A model generated the notes under the pieces. The model saw only the letters and a list, made by a program, of their open reading frames with translations. It was not told the DNA's origin and searched no databases. A stretch of DNA of 64,000 bases from assembly GCF_018350175.1 (NCBI RefSeq), contig NC_058373.1, forward strand, positions 110,424,001 to 110,488,000. The letters run 5' to 3'. This stretch comes from Felis catus (Eukaryota). The position numbers and the translations under genes are program-made. Shown here in pieces: positions 38,710-51,946 of the stretch (position 1 is its first letter; each line of letters begins with the position of its first letter).

Positions 38710-39024
38710 AGACTTCCAAGATTGCTCATTTGCACCAACTTCCTGAACCCTCTCTTTCACAGCTTCCTCCGTGGCTAGTGTGGGGACAACACTGTTGCTC
38801 AGAAGAGTAGCCAACCGACTGAGGAATTTCTGACAGTAACATCGCACAGTTTTTGTTTCCCAGCCGGAAGAAGACAAAGGTCTGTCCAACTCATATTTTT
38901 GTTTTTCCTTATGGATTGAATCTTGCTGACATTTATCCCAAATTTTCTGCCCATCTTTTGGTCCTTCAGAGTGAAAAATGTTGTCTCTCTCCAAGTTCTT
39001 GGTCAGGATAGCTTCCCCTATATC
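38710..39024 (-). CDS. TEX21: Coding exon D, 315 nt, phase 0-0: DIGEAILTKNLERDN...GQKIWDKCQQD...LATLLSNS...ANEQSWKS
   Basis: Acceptor cacgtttag|GAT; donor TCT|gttaagt (atypical); similar to CCDC170 GQQVWDASKQE and IAALLRG..STEDTILEKIREM. Confidence 0.85.
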
Positions 39025-39877
39025 CTAAACGTGCCAACACACATGAAACTTCCCATTTGGAATTTAATATGGAGACATTGACTTCCTTTTGTTTTCTTGA
39101 AATATAAATATAGTCATAATACAAGACTTCAGGAGAAAGGTCCTCCAAAGAAATAAAGACTTATGGAGTCATAAGACAGACGAGGGCATGCTCAAAAGAG
39201 CAAACTGGAATATCAACAGGTATTAAAATGACTGTACGAAGAAATTGTTTTGAGAACACAGGAAATTTAGCTTAGAGAAGCAGCTAACCAAATAGCCTCA
39301 GTTATGAAGTTAAACTCTTAATAGAAAATTCTGGGGGGTACCTGGGTGGCTCAGTTGGTTAAGCATCTGACTCTTGGTTTCAGCTCAGGTCATGATCTCA
39401 GTTTGTGGGTTCGAGCCCCGCATTGGGCTCTGCGCTGACAGCTCAGAGCCTGGAGCTGCTTCAGATTCTGTGTCTCCCTCTTTCTCTGTCCCTACCCCAC
39501 TCGTGCTCTGCCCCTCTCTCTCTCAAAAATAAATAATAAACATTAAAAATGTAAAACAAAAAAAAAGAGAAAATTCTGAGCTAATAAATGTAGAAGGAAT
39601 GATAGAAATTTAAAAATCATCATTTTCTATCTAATGAAATAACTGATTCAGGCAAGGACCATCAATGAATGTTAAGACACTTAATGAAAAGTTGGGAGGG
39701 CAACAGATATTTCTACAAAGACTTCATCATGGTTCTATAACGTCACTTAGTAACAACAACTTTGACTATGTAGATGTATAGATGTACAAATGAAAGAAGT
39801 CACACTTCTTTCCCCCAACCTTTCCCTTGTACTCCTGTAATCATCCTGCTTCCATTATAAATAGTCAGGGCTAAAAC

Positions 39878-39908
<31 letters not shown>

Positions 39909-40507
39909 GCTTGTATTTCTTCCCTGGCTCCCACCCTCCAACATTCTTCTATGAAACCTCTACTCATCCGGTGAATTGCTTTCTACTAGTGACCAGGCTC
40001 ATCTCTTCCTTCTAAACCCAACTCATGCCATAATTCTAGATTTCAAGGTCAAATGCAGATGATCTGCCAGTTTAGCTTTGTGATTTCTGTGCCTCGGTTT
40101 CAATGACTTTTGCTTACACCGCCCTTCAACACACATTCAGAGCCCAAAATCCAGCTGCTGGCAGCAGCAGGAGGTAACCCACACCAGAAATGTATAACAC
40201 CGACATTTCATTCTCTTATCACCACCGCTTCCTCCCAGGTCTCGCTCAGCTCCAATCCCTTTTAGGGTTCTATCACAGAGGCCTTAGATCCACCTTGTGA
40301 TTACTCTCTGTACCTCGGAAAGGCTTTCGGTCAACCATACTGCACAGCTTCCTTTGATTTCCCCCCCAACATCCCCACGCCCCCCATTTCCCATCCCCCC
40401 AGGATCAGAAGCAGACCAACAACCTACTAAACATTTGCCAATTATCTCTCAGAGTAACACGAGGTCTTGCAAATCCTGTTTCTTGAAAAATCAATATTTA
40501 TTCTCAC

Positions 40508-40643
40508 CTGCATCATGAAACTATCCAAGGAATCTTCTTGTCCTTTCATATTCATATGATGGGTGAATCCATTAACACCTGCTAACTTTTCCTCCAAAAG
40601 GCCTGCTTTCCGCTCTGCCTTTTCTCTTTCAAACAGATGGACT
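40508..40643 (-). CDS. TEX21: Coding exon C, 136 nt, phase 2-0: (R)VHLFEREKAERKAGLLEEKL...DSLDSFMMQ
   Basis: Acceptor attttacacag|A completes the AG+A Arg codon from exon B; donor CAG|gtgaga. Confidence 0.88.
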
Positions 40644-41540
40644 CTGTGTAAAATATGGGTGGGTAACAATATCATGAAACCAACTCAATTTTCAAACTTA
40701 AATTAAAAATAATTAAAGTTGGGGTGCCTGGGTGGCTCAGTGGGTTAAGCATCCGACTTTGGCTCAGGTCATGATCTCATGGCTTGTAGGTTCAAGCCCC
40801 TTGTCGGGCGCTGTGCTCACAGCTCAGAGCCTGGAGCCTGCTTCAGATTCTGTGTTTCCCTCTCTCTCTCAGCCGGCCCCCATCTCAAAAATAAATAAAC
40901 ATTAAAAAAAAATAATGAAAGAGAGCACCTGGGTGGTTCAGTCGGTTGAGCGTCCAACTCTTGATTTCAGCTCAGGTCATGATCTTGCGGTTTGTGATTT
41001 CAAGCCCCATGTGGGGCTCTGCGCTGACAGTGCAGAGCCTGCTTGGGATTCTGTCTTTCTCTCCCTCTCTCTGACCCTCCCCTGCTCTCTCTCCAAATAA
41101 ACTTCTAAAAAATAATAATCATTAAAGAAGCAATCCCCACTTAAAATATATTAAATATATGTATCAAGTTAGAAATGTACTTTTGCAAAGAGCTGTGTGG
41201 TTACCCAACTATTTCTAGGGAGAAACTAGAAATGGCAGAGAAATAGAGATGAAAACAATACAGTGCTAGGTCCTCTAGTAGTTCTGCTGGGGAAGGTTAA
41301 TTTTTAAACCATCTTTTTCATGGAGAAATTTGAGCATGAATATCTGCCTGCCACTATTAGTAACATTGTGATGGCCAGGAGGTTCCACAGAGATACGAGG
41401 ACTCCTGTTTTAATAACATCTGATGGCTCTTCCACTGGGATTTAATGAGAGGAAAGGGAATTCGAATAATGATGCAGCAATAGAGAAGAACATATGTAAA
41501 AACTTGTTTTATTATCAAATATACAAATAGCTAATTATTT

Positions 41541-41541
<1 letters not shown>

Positions 41542-41584
<43 letters not shown>

Positions 41585-41596
41585 TGTGTGTGTGTG
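41542..41596. repeat. (GT)n microsatellite
   Basis: Directly visible, with one GTAT interruption. Confidence 0.95.
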
Positions 41597-42800
41597 GTTC
41601 TTGTTTTGATTACCTATCAATTGCTAGGTATTGTTAATATTTTCTACCCTGTACCCATAGCTAAGTCAAAGTTTCAGCCGATCTTCCATATTTTTGTTTG
41701 TTGCTGTTTGTGTATTTTTGATCCTCTCCTGTCTAAGAATTGCAGCTTACAGAATTAGTGAATTTGAGTCAGGTTAAAAGAAATTACCTGTATTATCCAA
41801 ACAGAAATTTTTATTTTTTTTTTTTAATTTTTTTTCAACGTTTTTTATTTATTTTTGGGACAGAGAGAGACAGAGCATGAACAGAGGAGGGGCAGAGAGA
41901 GAGGGAGACACAGAATCGGAAACAGGCTCCAGGCTCCGAGCCATCAGCCCAGAGCCCGACGCGGGGCTCGAACTCACGGACCGCGAGATCGTGACCTGGC
42001 TGAAGTCGGACGCTTAACCGACTGCGCCACCCTGGCGCCCCCCAAACAGAAATTTTTAATTGAAAAGATTATATTAGAGGGGCGCCTGGGTGGCTCAGTC
42101 AGTTAAGCGTCTGACTTTGGCTCACGCCATGATCTCATGGTTTGCAGGTTCGAGCCCCATGTTGGGCTCTGTGCTGACAGCTCGGAGCCTGGAGCCTGCT
42201 TCAGAGTCTGTGTCTCTCTCTCTCTCTGCCCCTCCCTGTTCATGATCTGTTTGTCCCTCTCTCCCAAAAATAAACACATTAAAAATTTTTTTTAAAAGAT
42301 TATATTAGAGACATGCAGGAGACGCTCAAAAGGTCTAACACACCTATAACTGTAGGCCTAGAGTGAGAGTAGAGACAGAATGGGAAAAAACAGTATTTGA
42401 AAAAATAATTCCCAAGACTCCATACCTGATGAAAGACCTAATTGATAGATTCAATAAGTTCTTTAAATCCTAAGCAGGACAGATACAAAGAAAGCCACAC
42501 TAAGACACATCATAGTCAAATTGCTACCAATAAAAAGCACACCTTATTACCTCCAAAGGCACAACAATAAGACTGATAAATAACTTTTCAGCAGAAACTA
42601 TAGACGTCAGAAGATAACCAGATGACATCTTAGAGTGCTGAAAGAAAAAAATACTGGCAACCCCAAATTTTGTACTCAGTAACACAAACCAAAACAAAAA
42701 ATGACCTTCAAAAAATGAAAATGAAATAATATAGTTTCAGAAAAAGAAGAAGAAGAAGAAACAGAAAGGCTGTCAGAAGAAATGCTTTATAGGAAACACT

Positions 42801-45800
42801 AGAGGAGGTTCCAGTCCAAGATGGTGACATGGGAAGACCCTGGGCTCACCTCCTCCATGGAGGCACCAGGTCTACAACTATTTATACAGCAATTCTGCCC
42901 TAGGGGGAGCTGAGGGCTGACTGAGCAGCTTCTGTACAACAGAGGATGGGGAGACCACATGGAGAGGCAGGACAGACAGAGTAGCCGATACCCCTGCAAG
43001 CTCCGGGTCACTGGCCCACACCAGGTCCAGATGCCCTGGGGCTTGGAGGGAAAGCTGAAGGTTGGAAAAGCAACTGGAATGTGGAGGAACTGGCCCTGGA
43101 ACCTTGCCCAGTGGTGAGAGAGCTGTTGGAACTCTCTCTGGGTAGCATAGTCTGTGCTCCCCCTCCACCACGGTGGGGATGTGGATGGGAGCAGGGTTCC
43201 AAACCCCTGGTTGGCCTGCCACCCCAGCGAGCCTGGGCCCACTGGGTCCTGGGCCCATACCAGCCCCAGACACCCTGAGGCACGGAGGAGAAGCCACGGT
43301 TTAAAAGAGCAGCTAGGGTGTAAAGGAGCTAGGTCTAGAATCTCGCTAGGCAGTGTGGGAACAGGTAAAGCTTTTGCTGGGTCAGAGGGGCTGGGGAGCA
43401 CCATGGTTTACCTTCCCCTTCTACCTGGATGGAGCAGATAGGACAGGGTCCAGGCTCCATGGCCAGCCTGTCATGTCAACAAGCCCCATGCCCCTGGCCC
43501 ACACCAGCCTCAGACACCGTGGGGCACAGAAAAGCCACAGTTTAAAAGAGGAACCAAATATAAAAGAGCCAGTCCTAGAACTCTAACAGACAGCAGGGGG
43601 ACCTGCTAGAACTCTCCAGGTTGAAAGGGCTGGTGAGCACCACAGTTACGTTCCCCATCCAACTTGATAATGTGGACGGGAACAAGGTCCAGGCGCCATA
43701 GCCAGCCTACCACCTCAGTGAGCCCCAGGCCCCTAGCCCGCCAACCCCAGCTGTCACACAAAGATGGCCCCAGCATGACACACACTGGGACACCCCTGGT
43801 CCAGCAATCACCATGGCTCCAACCATCATGCCAAGGTGACACAGGCACAAAGCACCTCCTTGGAAAATTCCAGGCCCACACCACTTCAGCTCCAGATAGC
43901 TTGCTAGGGGACCCCTGACACAGAGCACTCTGGGACCTCTTAGCTAATGCCTACTTTGGCTCCAGCTGCCTTGCTAAGATGTCCCATGCATGGAGCACCC
44001 TGGGAACCCCCAGCCCGTGTTCACTTTAGCTCCAGCTGCCCTGCCAAAACACCTCCTGCGTGGAGCACACTGAGACCCCAAGCCCACCCCTCACCTCGGC
44101 TCCAGCCACCCCACCAGGGAGCCCTCTGTACAGAACATCCTGGGACAACCTGGCCCATGCCGGCCTCCATTTTAATCACCCCAATAGGGCACACTCTTCA
44201 CTGAACACCTCAGGACACCCTAGCTTTCACCTACTTCTGCTTCAGGTATCCTCCCAGGCTGATCCTGTGCAGCACATGCCTCACCTCAGTTCCAGACATC
44301 CCACTGGGACACTTCCTACATGAGGTGCCCCTGGCCCCTTGGGCCATGCCCTCCTGTGGCTCCAGCTGCCCTGCCAGGGCACTCTGTGTGAAGGACCCCG
44401 GGACCCACTGGCTTGAGCTCACTTCAGCTTCAGCTGTCCTGCTGGGGCACCTTCTACACAGAGTCCTGGGACCACCCAGGCCCACACTCACTTCCGCTCC
44501 AGCCATCCCACCAGGGTAGCCACAGCATGGAGTGCACTGGGACCCGAGCCCATGCAGACACAGTTCCAGCCAGCCAGCCAAAGGCACCAGCTACATACAG
44601 TCTACACAGAAGATGACCATATACAAACCATTCCTGCAAGTTTAGGAGAAGTAGCTGTTCCATCTAATTCATAGAAACAAACACAGACAGTACAGCAAAA
44701 TGAGGAAACAGAGGAATATGCTCTGAATGAATGAACAAGACAAAACCCCAGAAAAAGAACTATATGAAATGGAGATAAGCAATATGCCTGCTACAGAGTT
44801 TAAAGTAATTATCATAAAGATGCTCACCAGACTGGAAAGAAGAGTAGACTCAGTGAGAACTTCAACAAAGAGATAGAAAACATAAAGAGAACCAATCAGA
44901 TTTGAAGCATACAATAACTAAAATGAAAAATACATTAGAAGGAAATCAACAGTAGATTAGAGAATACAGAAGAATATATCAGCAATCTGGAAGATAGGGT
45001 AATGGAAATCACCCTAGCTGAACAGCCAAAAGAAAAAATAATCTATTTTTAAGGAGGATAGAGTACCTGGGTAACTCAGTCAGTTAAGCAACTTACTCTG
45101 GATTTCGGATCAGGTCATGATCTCACAGTTCATGAGTTTGAGCCCCATGTCAGGCTCTGTGCTGACAGCCCGCTTGGGATCCTCTCTCTCTCCCCACCCC
45201 TCTCTCTCTGCCCCTCCCCTGCTCACTCTCTCTCTCTCTCAAAATAAGTAAAATAAACTTAAAACAAAAAGAGAATAGGTTAAGGGATCTCTTGAATAAC
45301 ATCAAGCAAGCAAACATTCACATTATAGGGGTCTCAGAAGAAGAAAGGGGAAGAAAATTTATTTGAAGAAATAATAGCTGAAAAATTCCTTAACTGGAGA
45401 AGGGAAACAAACATCCAGATTCAGGAACCACAGAGAGCTCCAAACAAGATGACTTAAGGAGGTCCATATCACCAACACATAATAAAATAATTAAATGTCA
45501 AAGGTTAAAGATAAAGAGAGATTTTAAAAGCAGCAAGAGAGAAGCAACTAGTTACATACAAGGGAAACCCCATAGGCTATCAGCTGATTCTGCAACAAAA
45601 ACTTTGCAGGCCAGAAAGGAGTGGCATATATTCACTCCTGAAATAAAAAAGCTGAAAGTAAAAAAATCTACAACCAAGAATATGCTACCTGTCAAGGTTA
45701 TCATTCAGAATTGAAGGAGAGATAAAGAATTTCCTAAACAGGGGTGCCTGGGTGGCATAGTCAGTTAGTATCTGACTCCTGATTTTGGCTCAGGTCATGG

Positions 45801-45864
45801 TCTCATGGTTTGTGAGATAGACCCCACATCAGGCTCTGAGCTAACAGTGTGGAGCCTGCTTGGG

Positions 45865-45913
<49 letters not shown>

Positions 45914-48900
45914 GATCCTCCCTCCCCTCTCCCCCAAATAAATAAACTTAAAAAAAAAAAGAGTTACCCAGACAAACAATAGTTAAAGTTTATCACCACC
46001 AAACCAGCTTACAATAAATGTTAAAGGGGCTTTGTTAAATAGGAAAAAAAAGGTTATAATTAGAAGTAAGACAATTATGAATAAGAAGATACAAAATATA
46101 TGACAGTATATACATAAGATGTGGAGGAGAGTAAAAAAGAAGTTCTTTTAGAATGTGTTCAAATTTCAATCAATTTACTATAAACTGCTAAAAACTTAGG
46201 GTCCTATATATGAACCTCAGGGTAACCACAAACTCAAAACCTATGATGAATACACAAAAAAATAGAGAAAAAGAATTCAGGCATAACACTACAGAGAGTC
46301 ATCAATCACAGGGAAAGACAGTTTGAGAGGAAGAGACAGAATGACTACAAAAATAACCAGAAAACAACAAAATGGAAATAAGTACATACTTATCAATAAT
46401 TACTTTCAATGTAAATGTTCTAAGTTTTCAAATCCAAAGACAAAGAGTGGCAGCTAGATTTAAAAAAAAAAAAAAAAAAAGAGCTACCTATATGCTGCCT
46501 ACAAGAGACTTACTTCAGACTTAAATGCTTACACAGACTGAAAGTGAAAGGATAGAGAAAGATACACCATGCAAATAGAAATGAGAGAAGAAAAAAAGCC
46601 AGGATAGCAATAATTATACAAAATAGACTTTAAAACAAAGATTGTAAGTAGAGATAAAGAAGGGCATTACATAAAGACAAAGTGGTCAATCCACCAAGAG
46701 TATATAATGGCTGTAAATATCTATACACCCGAAATTGGAGCTTAAATACATAAAGAAAACATTAGCAGACATAAAGGGAGAAATTAACAGTAGTACAATA
46801 ATAGTAGAGAACTTTAACACCTCACTCACATCAATGGATAAATCATCCAGGCATAAAATCAATAAGGAAACAGTGTCTTTGAATTACATATTAGACCAGA
46901 TGGACTTAACAGATATATACAGAACATTCTATCCAAAACAACAATATGCATTCCTTTCAAGAGCCTATGGAACATTCTCCAGGATAGATCACACATTAGG
47001 CCACAAGGCATGTCTCAATAAATTTAAGAAGATTGAAATCATATCATGCATCTTTTCTGACCACAATGGTATGAAATTAAAAGAATCATAAGAATGTGCT
47101 AGAAAAAAACACAAATGGAGGCTAAACAACACGCTGCTAAACAGTCAACAGGTCAATTTTAAAAAATCAAAGAGGAAATAAAAAAAATACGTGGAGACAA
47201 ATGAAAATGAAAACACTATGGTCCAAAATTTTGAGGACACAATGAAAGCAGTTTTAAGACAGAAATTTACAGCAGTACAGGTCCACCTCAAGAAACACAC
47301 AAACACAAAATCTCAAATGAACAACCTAATCTTACACCTAAAGGAACTAGAAAAAGAAGAACAAAGTCCAAGTTTAGTAGAAGGAAGGAAATAATAAAGA
47401 TTGAAATAGAAATAAATGAAATAGAGACAAAAAAGAAAGAGAGAAAGAAAGAAAAAAGAAAGGATCAGTGAAACCGAGAACTATTACTTTGAAAAGATAA
47501 ATAAAACATTGATAAACCTTTAACCAGACTCATCAAGAAAAAAAGAGAGAAGACACAAATAAATCAGAAATGAAAGAGGAGAAGAAACAATAGACATGAC
47601 AAAAATAAAAAGGATTATAGGAGACTACTCAAAAAATCATATGCCAAAAAATTGGACAACCTAGAAGAAATGTATCAATTCCTAGAAACATATAATTTTC
47701 CAAAACTGAATCAGGAAGAAATAGAAAATCTGAACAGATTACTAGTAACAAAATTTTAATCAGTAATAACAAAATTTAAAAAATCTCTGAATAGGGGCGC
47801 CTGGGTGGCGCAGTCGGTTAAGCGTCCGACTTCGGCCAGGTCACGATCTCGCGGTCTGTGAGTTCGAGCCCCGCGTCGGGCTCTAGGCTGATGGCTCGGA
47901 GCCTGGAGCCTGTTTCTGATTCTGTGTCTCCCTCTCTCTCTGCCCCTCCCCCGTTCATGCTCTGTCTCTCTCTGTCCCAAAAATAAAATAAACATTGAAA
48001 AAAAAATTTAAAAAAAAATCTCTGAATAAACAAAAGTCTAGGACCAGAAAGATTCACAGGTGAATTCTACTAAACATTTAAAGAAGAGTTAATGTCTATT
48101 CTCCTCAAAATATTCCCAAAAACAGAAGAGGAAGGAAAGCTTCCAAATATGAGTCCTGATACCAAAATCAGACAGACACTACATAAAAAGAAAACTATAG
48201 GCTAATATCCCTGATGAACATAGATGCAAAAATTCCCCCCCCAAATAGGAGCAAATTGCATTCAAAAATACATTGAGGGGCTCCTGTGTGGCTCAGTTGG
48301 TTGAGCATCCAACTCTTAATTTCAGTTCAAGTCATGATCCTGATTGTGGATCATGGGTTTGTGGGATCAAGAGCTGTGTCAGGCTCCACACTGAGCAAGG
48401 AGCTTGTTTAAGATTCTCTCTTCACCTCTGTGTCCCTTGCCCATTCTCTCTCTCTCTCCCTCACTCTCTCTCTCATTCTCAAAAGTAAAATTAAAAAAAT
48501 ACATTGAGGGGCGCCTGGGTGGCTCAGTCAGTTGAGTGACCGACTTCTGCTCAGGTCATGATCTCATGGTTTGTGAGTTCAACCCCACGTCGGGCTCTGT
48601 GCTGACAGCTCAGAGCCTGGAGCCTGCTTCTGATTCTGTGTCTCCCTCTCTCTCTGCCCCTCCCCCACTCATGCTCTGTCTCTCTGTGTCTCAGAAATAA
48701 ACATTAAAAAAATTAAAAAAAAAATACATTCAAAGGGTCATCCACCATGATCAAGTGGGATTTATTCTGGGGGTGCAAGGATGGTTCACATTCATGAATC
48801 AATGTGATATACCACATCAACAAAATGAAGGATTAAAATCATATGATCATCTCTATGGATGAAAGAAAAGCATCTGATAAAATCCAATACTCATTCATGA

Positions 48901-49139
48901 TAAAAGCTCTCAATAAAGTGGGTTTAGAGGGAACACACCTCAACATAATAAAGGCCATATAAAAAAAAAAAAAAGAAAAAAACCACAGCTAACATCCTAC
49001 TCAATGGTAAAAAAAAAAAAAAAAAAAAAAAAGCGAGCTTTTCCTCTAAGATCAGGAGCAAGACAAGGATGTCTATTCTCACCACTTTTATTCAACATAG
49101 TGCTAGAGGTTCTACCAACAGCAATCAGACAAAAGAAAG

Positions 49140-49210
<71 letters not shown>

Positions 49211-51310
49211 AAAGAAGAAAGAGAAAGAAAGAAAAGGCATCCAAATTAGTAAGGAAAAAGTTAAACTGTCACTATTTGCAGATAACATGATACTATATAT
49301 ATAAAACCTTAAAGACTCCAACAATAAACTATTAGAAGTAAAAAATAAAGTCAGTAAAGTTGCAGGATACAAAATTAATACACATAAGTCGATTGCATTT
49401 CTATACACTAATAAAGTAGCAGATAGAGAAATTAAGAAAATAATCCCATTTATAATTATACCAAAAAGAACAAAATATCCAGGAATAAACTTAACCAAGG
49501 AGGTGAAAAATCTGTACTCTGAACACTGTAAAACATTGGCAAAAAGAAATTGAAGATGACACAAATGGGACGATATTCCATGCTCATGGATTGGAAGAAT
49601 TAATATTGTTAAAATGGCTATACTATCCGAAGCAATCTATACATTTAACGCAATCCCTATCAGAATACCAATGGCATTTTTCACAGGACTTAAGCAGATA
49701 ATAGTAAAGTTTGTATGGAACCACAAAAGACCTTGAATAGTGGATCTTCACATGAAAAAGAATGAATTTGAACTCCTAACCCCTAACTCACATCATATAC
49801 AAAAATTAGTCAAAAATTTTCAGAGATATAAATTTAAGTGTTAAGACTATACATCTTAAAAAGAAAACATATGTGTCAATCTTTGTGACCCTGGATTAGG
49901 CAATGGTTTCTTAGATATGACACCAAATCTCAGGTGACAAAAAATAAACTTCCATCCAAATTAAAATACTTTGTGCTCCAAAGGACACCATTAAGAACAT
50001 GAAAAGACTGAGCCAGGCTCAGAGGGACATGCGACTCCTGATCTCGGGGTTAGGAGTTCAAGCCCCACATAGAGTATAGAAATTACTTAGAGAAAAAAAA
50101 AAGTGAAAAGACAACCCACAGATGGGAGAAAATACCTGCCCGTCATATGTCTGATAAGGGTCCAGTGTCCAGAACACATAAAAAACACACCTCAAAAATA
50201 AAAAGACGAATAACCCAATTGAAAATTGGGCAAAGGATTTGAATAGATATTTCTATAAAGAAGATACACAAATGGCCAATAAGCACATGAAAAGATGCTC
50301 AACATCTTTAGCCTTACAGAAATGCAAATTAAAATCACAGTAAGATACAACTTCCTATCCACTAGAACGGCTATCATAAAAAAGACGAACAATAACAGAT
50401 GTTGGTGAGGATGTGGAGTAACCGGAATCCTCAAACATTGCTGGTGGGAATGTAAGACGCGTAACTGCCTTGGAAAATAGTCTGGAAGTGCCTCAAAAGT
50501 AAACAGAGTTACTTTATGACTCAGCCATTCTACTCCCAAGGCATATACCTAACAGGAATGAAGCATACAGTCATGTAAAAGCTCACACGAGAATGGTCAC
50601 GGGAGCGTTATGCATAAAGTCACCCCCAAAAAAGGAAACAAGCCAATGTCCATCAACGGATGAATGCATAAACAAACTGTGGCATATTCATACAATAAAA
50701 TATTATTCAGCCATAAAAAAGAGTGGAGTATGCTGATTCATGGTTCAACATGGATTAACCTTAAAAACATTGTGCTAAGTGAAGTGAGACACAGGCCATA
50801 TATTGTATGACTGCATTCATGGAAAATGTCCAGAAAAAGCAAGTCCATAGAGAAAGAATGTAGACTGGTGGTTGTCAGAATGGGGAGTAACTGAAAATAG
50901 GCATGGGGTTTCTTTGAGGGGTGATTAAAAATGTTCTGGAATTAGTGGCAATGATCGCACAATCTTGTGAATATATTAAAAACTACTGGGGCACCTGGGT
51001 GGCTCAGTCAGTTGAGCGACCGACTTCGGCTCAGGTCATGATCTTGCAGTTTATGGGTTCAAGCCCCACGTCGGGCTCTGTGCTGGCGGCTCAGAGCCTG
51101 GAGCCTGCCTCGGATTCTGTGTCTCCCTCTCTCTGCCCCTTCCCTGCTCATGCTCTGTCTCTCTGTCTCTCAAAAATGAATAAACATTAAAAAAAATTTT
51201 TTTAAAAACTACTGAATTGCATACTTTAAAGGGGTGCATTTTTTTTATTGAGGTACAATTGACTAAAAGGGTGAATTTTAATGGTATGTGAATTACATCT
51301 CTATAAAAAC
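42801..51310 (+). mobile_element. Long degenerate L1 with 5'UTR, ORF1 and ORF2 remnants and 3'UTR, interrupted by several SINEs
   Basis: Starts GAGGAGGTTCCAGTCCAAGATGG. GC-rich repetitive 5'UTR to ~44690, ORF1-like from ~44700. ORF2 fragments include [47 protein letters not shown] and LFADNM. Many stops and frameshifts. Confidence 0.92.
49135..49235. repeat. (GAAA)n tetranucleotide expansion inside L1 ORF2 (another at ~60004-60040)
   Basis: Directly visible. Confidence 0.95.
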
Positions 51311-51689
51311 GTCTTTTTTAGGGGCACCTGGGTGGCTCAGTTGGTTAAGTGTCCAACCAGGTCATGATCTCATGGTTTATGAGTTCAAGTCCTGTATCAC
51401 ACTCTGAGCTCAGAGCCTGGAGCTTGCTTCAGATTCTGTGTCTCCCTCTCTGTCTGCCCCTCCCCCTCTTGTGTTGTCTCTCTCTCTCTCTCACTCTTTC
51501 CTTCTCTCTCCCTCTCAAAAATAAATATTTTAAAAATGTCTTTTTTTAAACATAATAATTTTGAGTCAGGTATTACATGAAATTCTACTAGTTTTAAATT
51601 CTGTGATCCATCAGGAATATGGAGTTTATATACTATTTGCAAACTTATGACAAATGAGATGTTTGAAAACAAACTAGAACATTTCCTAC

Positions 51690-51946
51690 CTTAGATTGTT
51701 TTCCAGTTCTATAATTTTTTCAGTTAGATCCCAGTTGCCTCTTTCAAGATTCTGAATATTGGTGTTTTTCAAAGATTTAATTCTGGTTAGAGAAGCGGTA
51801 AGTTCCTCTAAGTCCTTGATATCCTCTTTCAGGGACATTATCTGGGAAGACTGATGCACGTTATTTCGTTTGTAACTTTCTAGCTCACTCTTCATCTCTT
51901 GCAATGAAGTTTCTTTTATGAAGAGCTTGTTTTGAAGGTTTCTTAG
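51690..51946 (-). CDS. TEX21: Coding exon B, 257 nt, phase 0-2: LRNLQNKLFIKETSLQEMKSELESY...KIIELENNLR
   Basis: Acceptor ctttctgaatag|CTA, donor AAG|gtagga; heptad-rich; overlaps ORF 51686..51904. Confidence 0.92.

Noticed and set aside
42799..44663. Cluster of ORFs up to 201 aa
   Set aside because: They lie within the GC-rich repetitive L1 5'UTR.
46735..49564. L1 ORF2 endonuclease/RT peptide fragments as a functional gene
   Set aside because: Broken by stops, frameshifts, SINEs and a (GAAA)n expansion.
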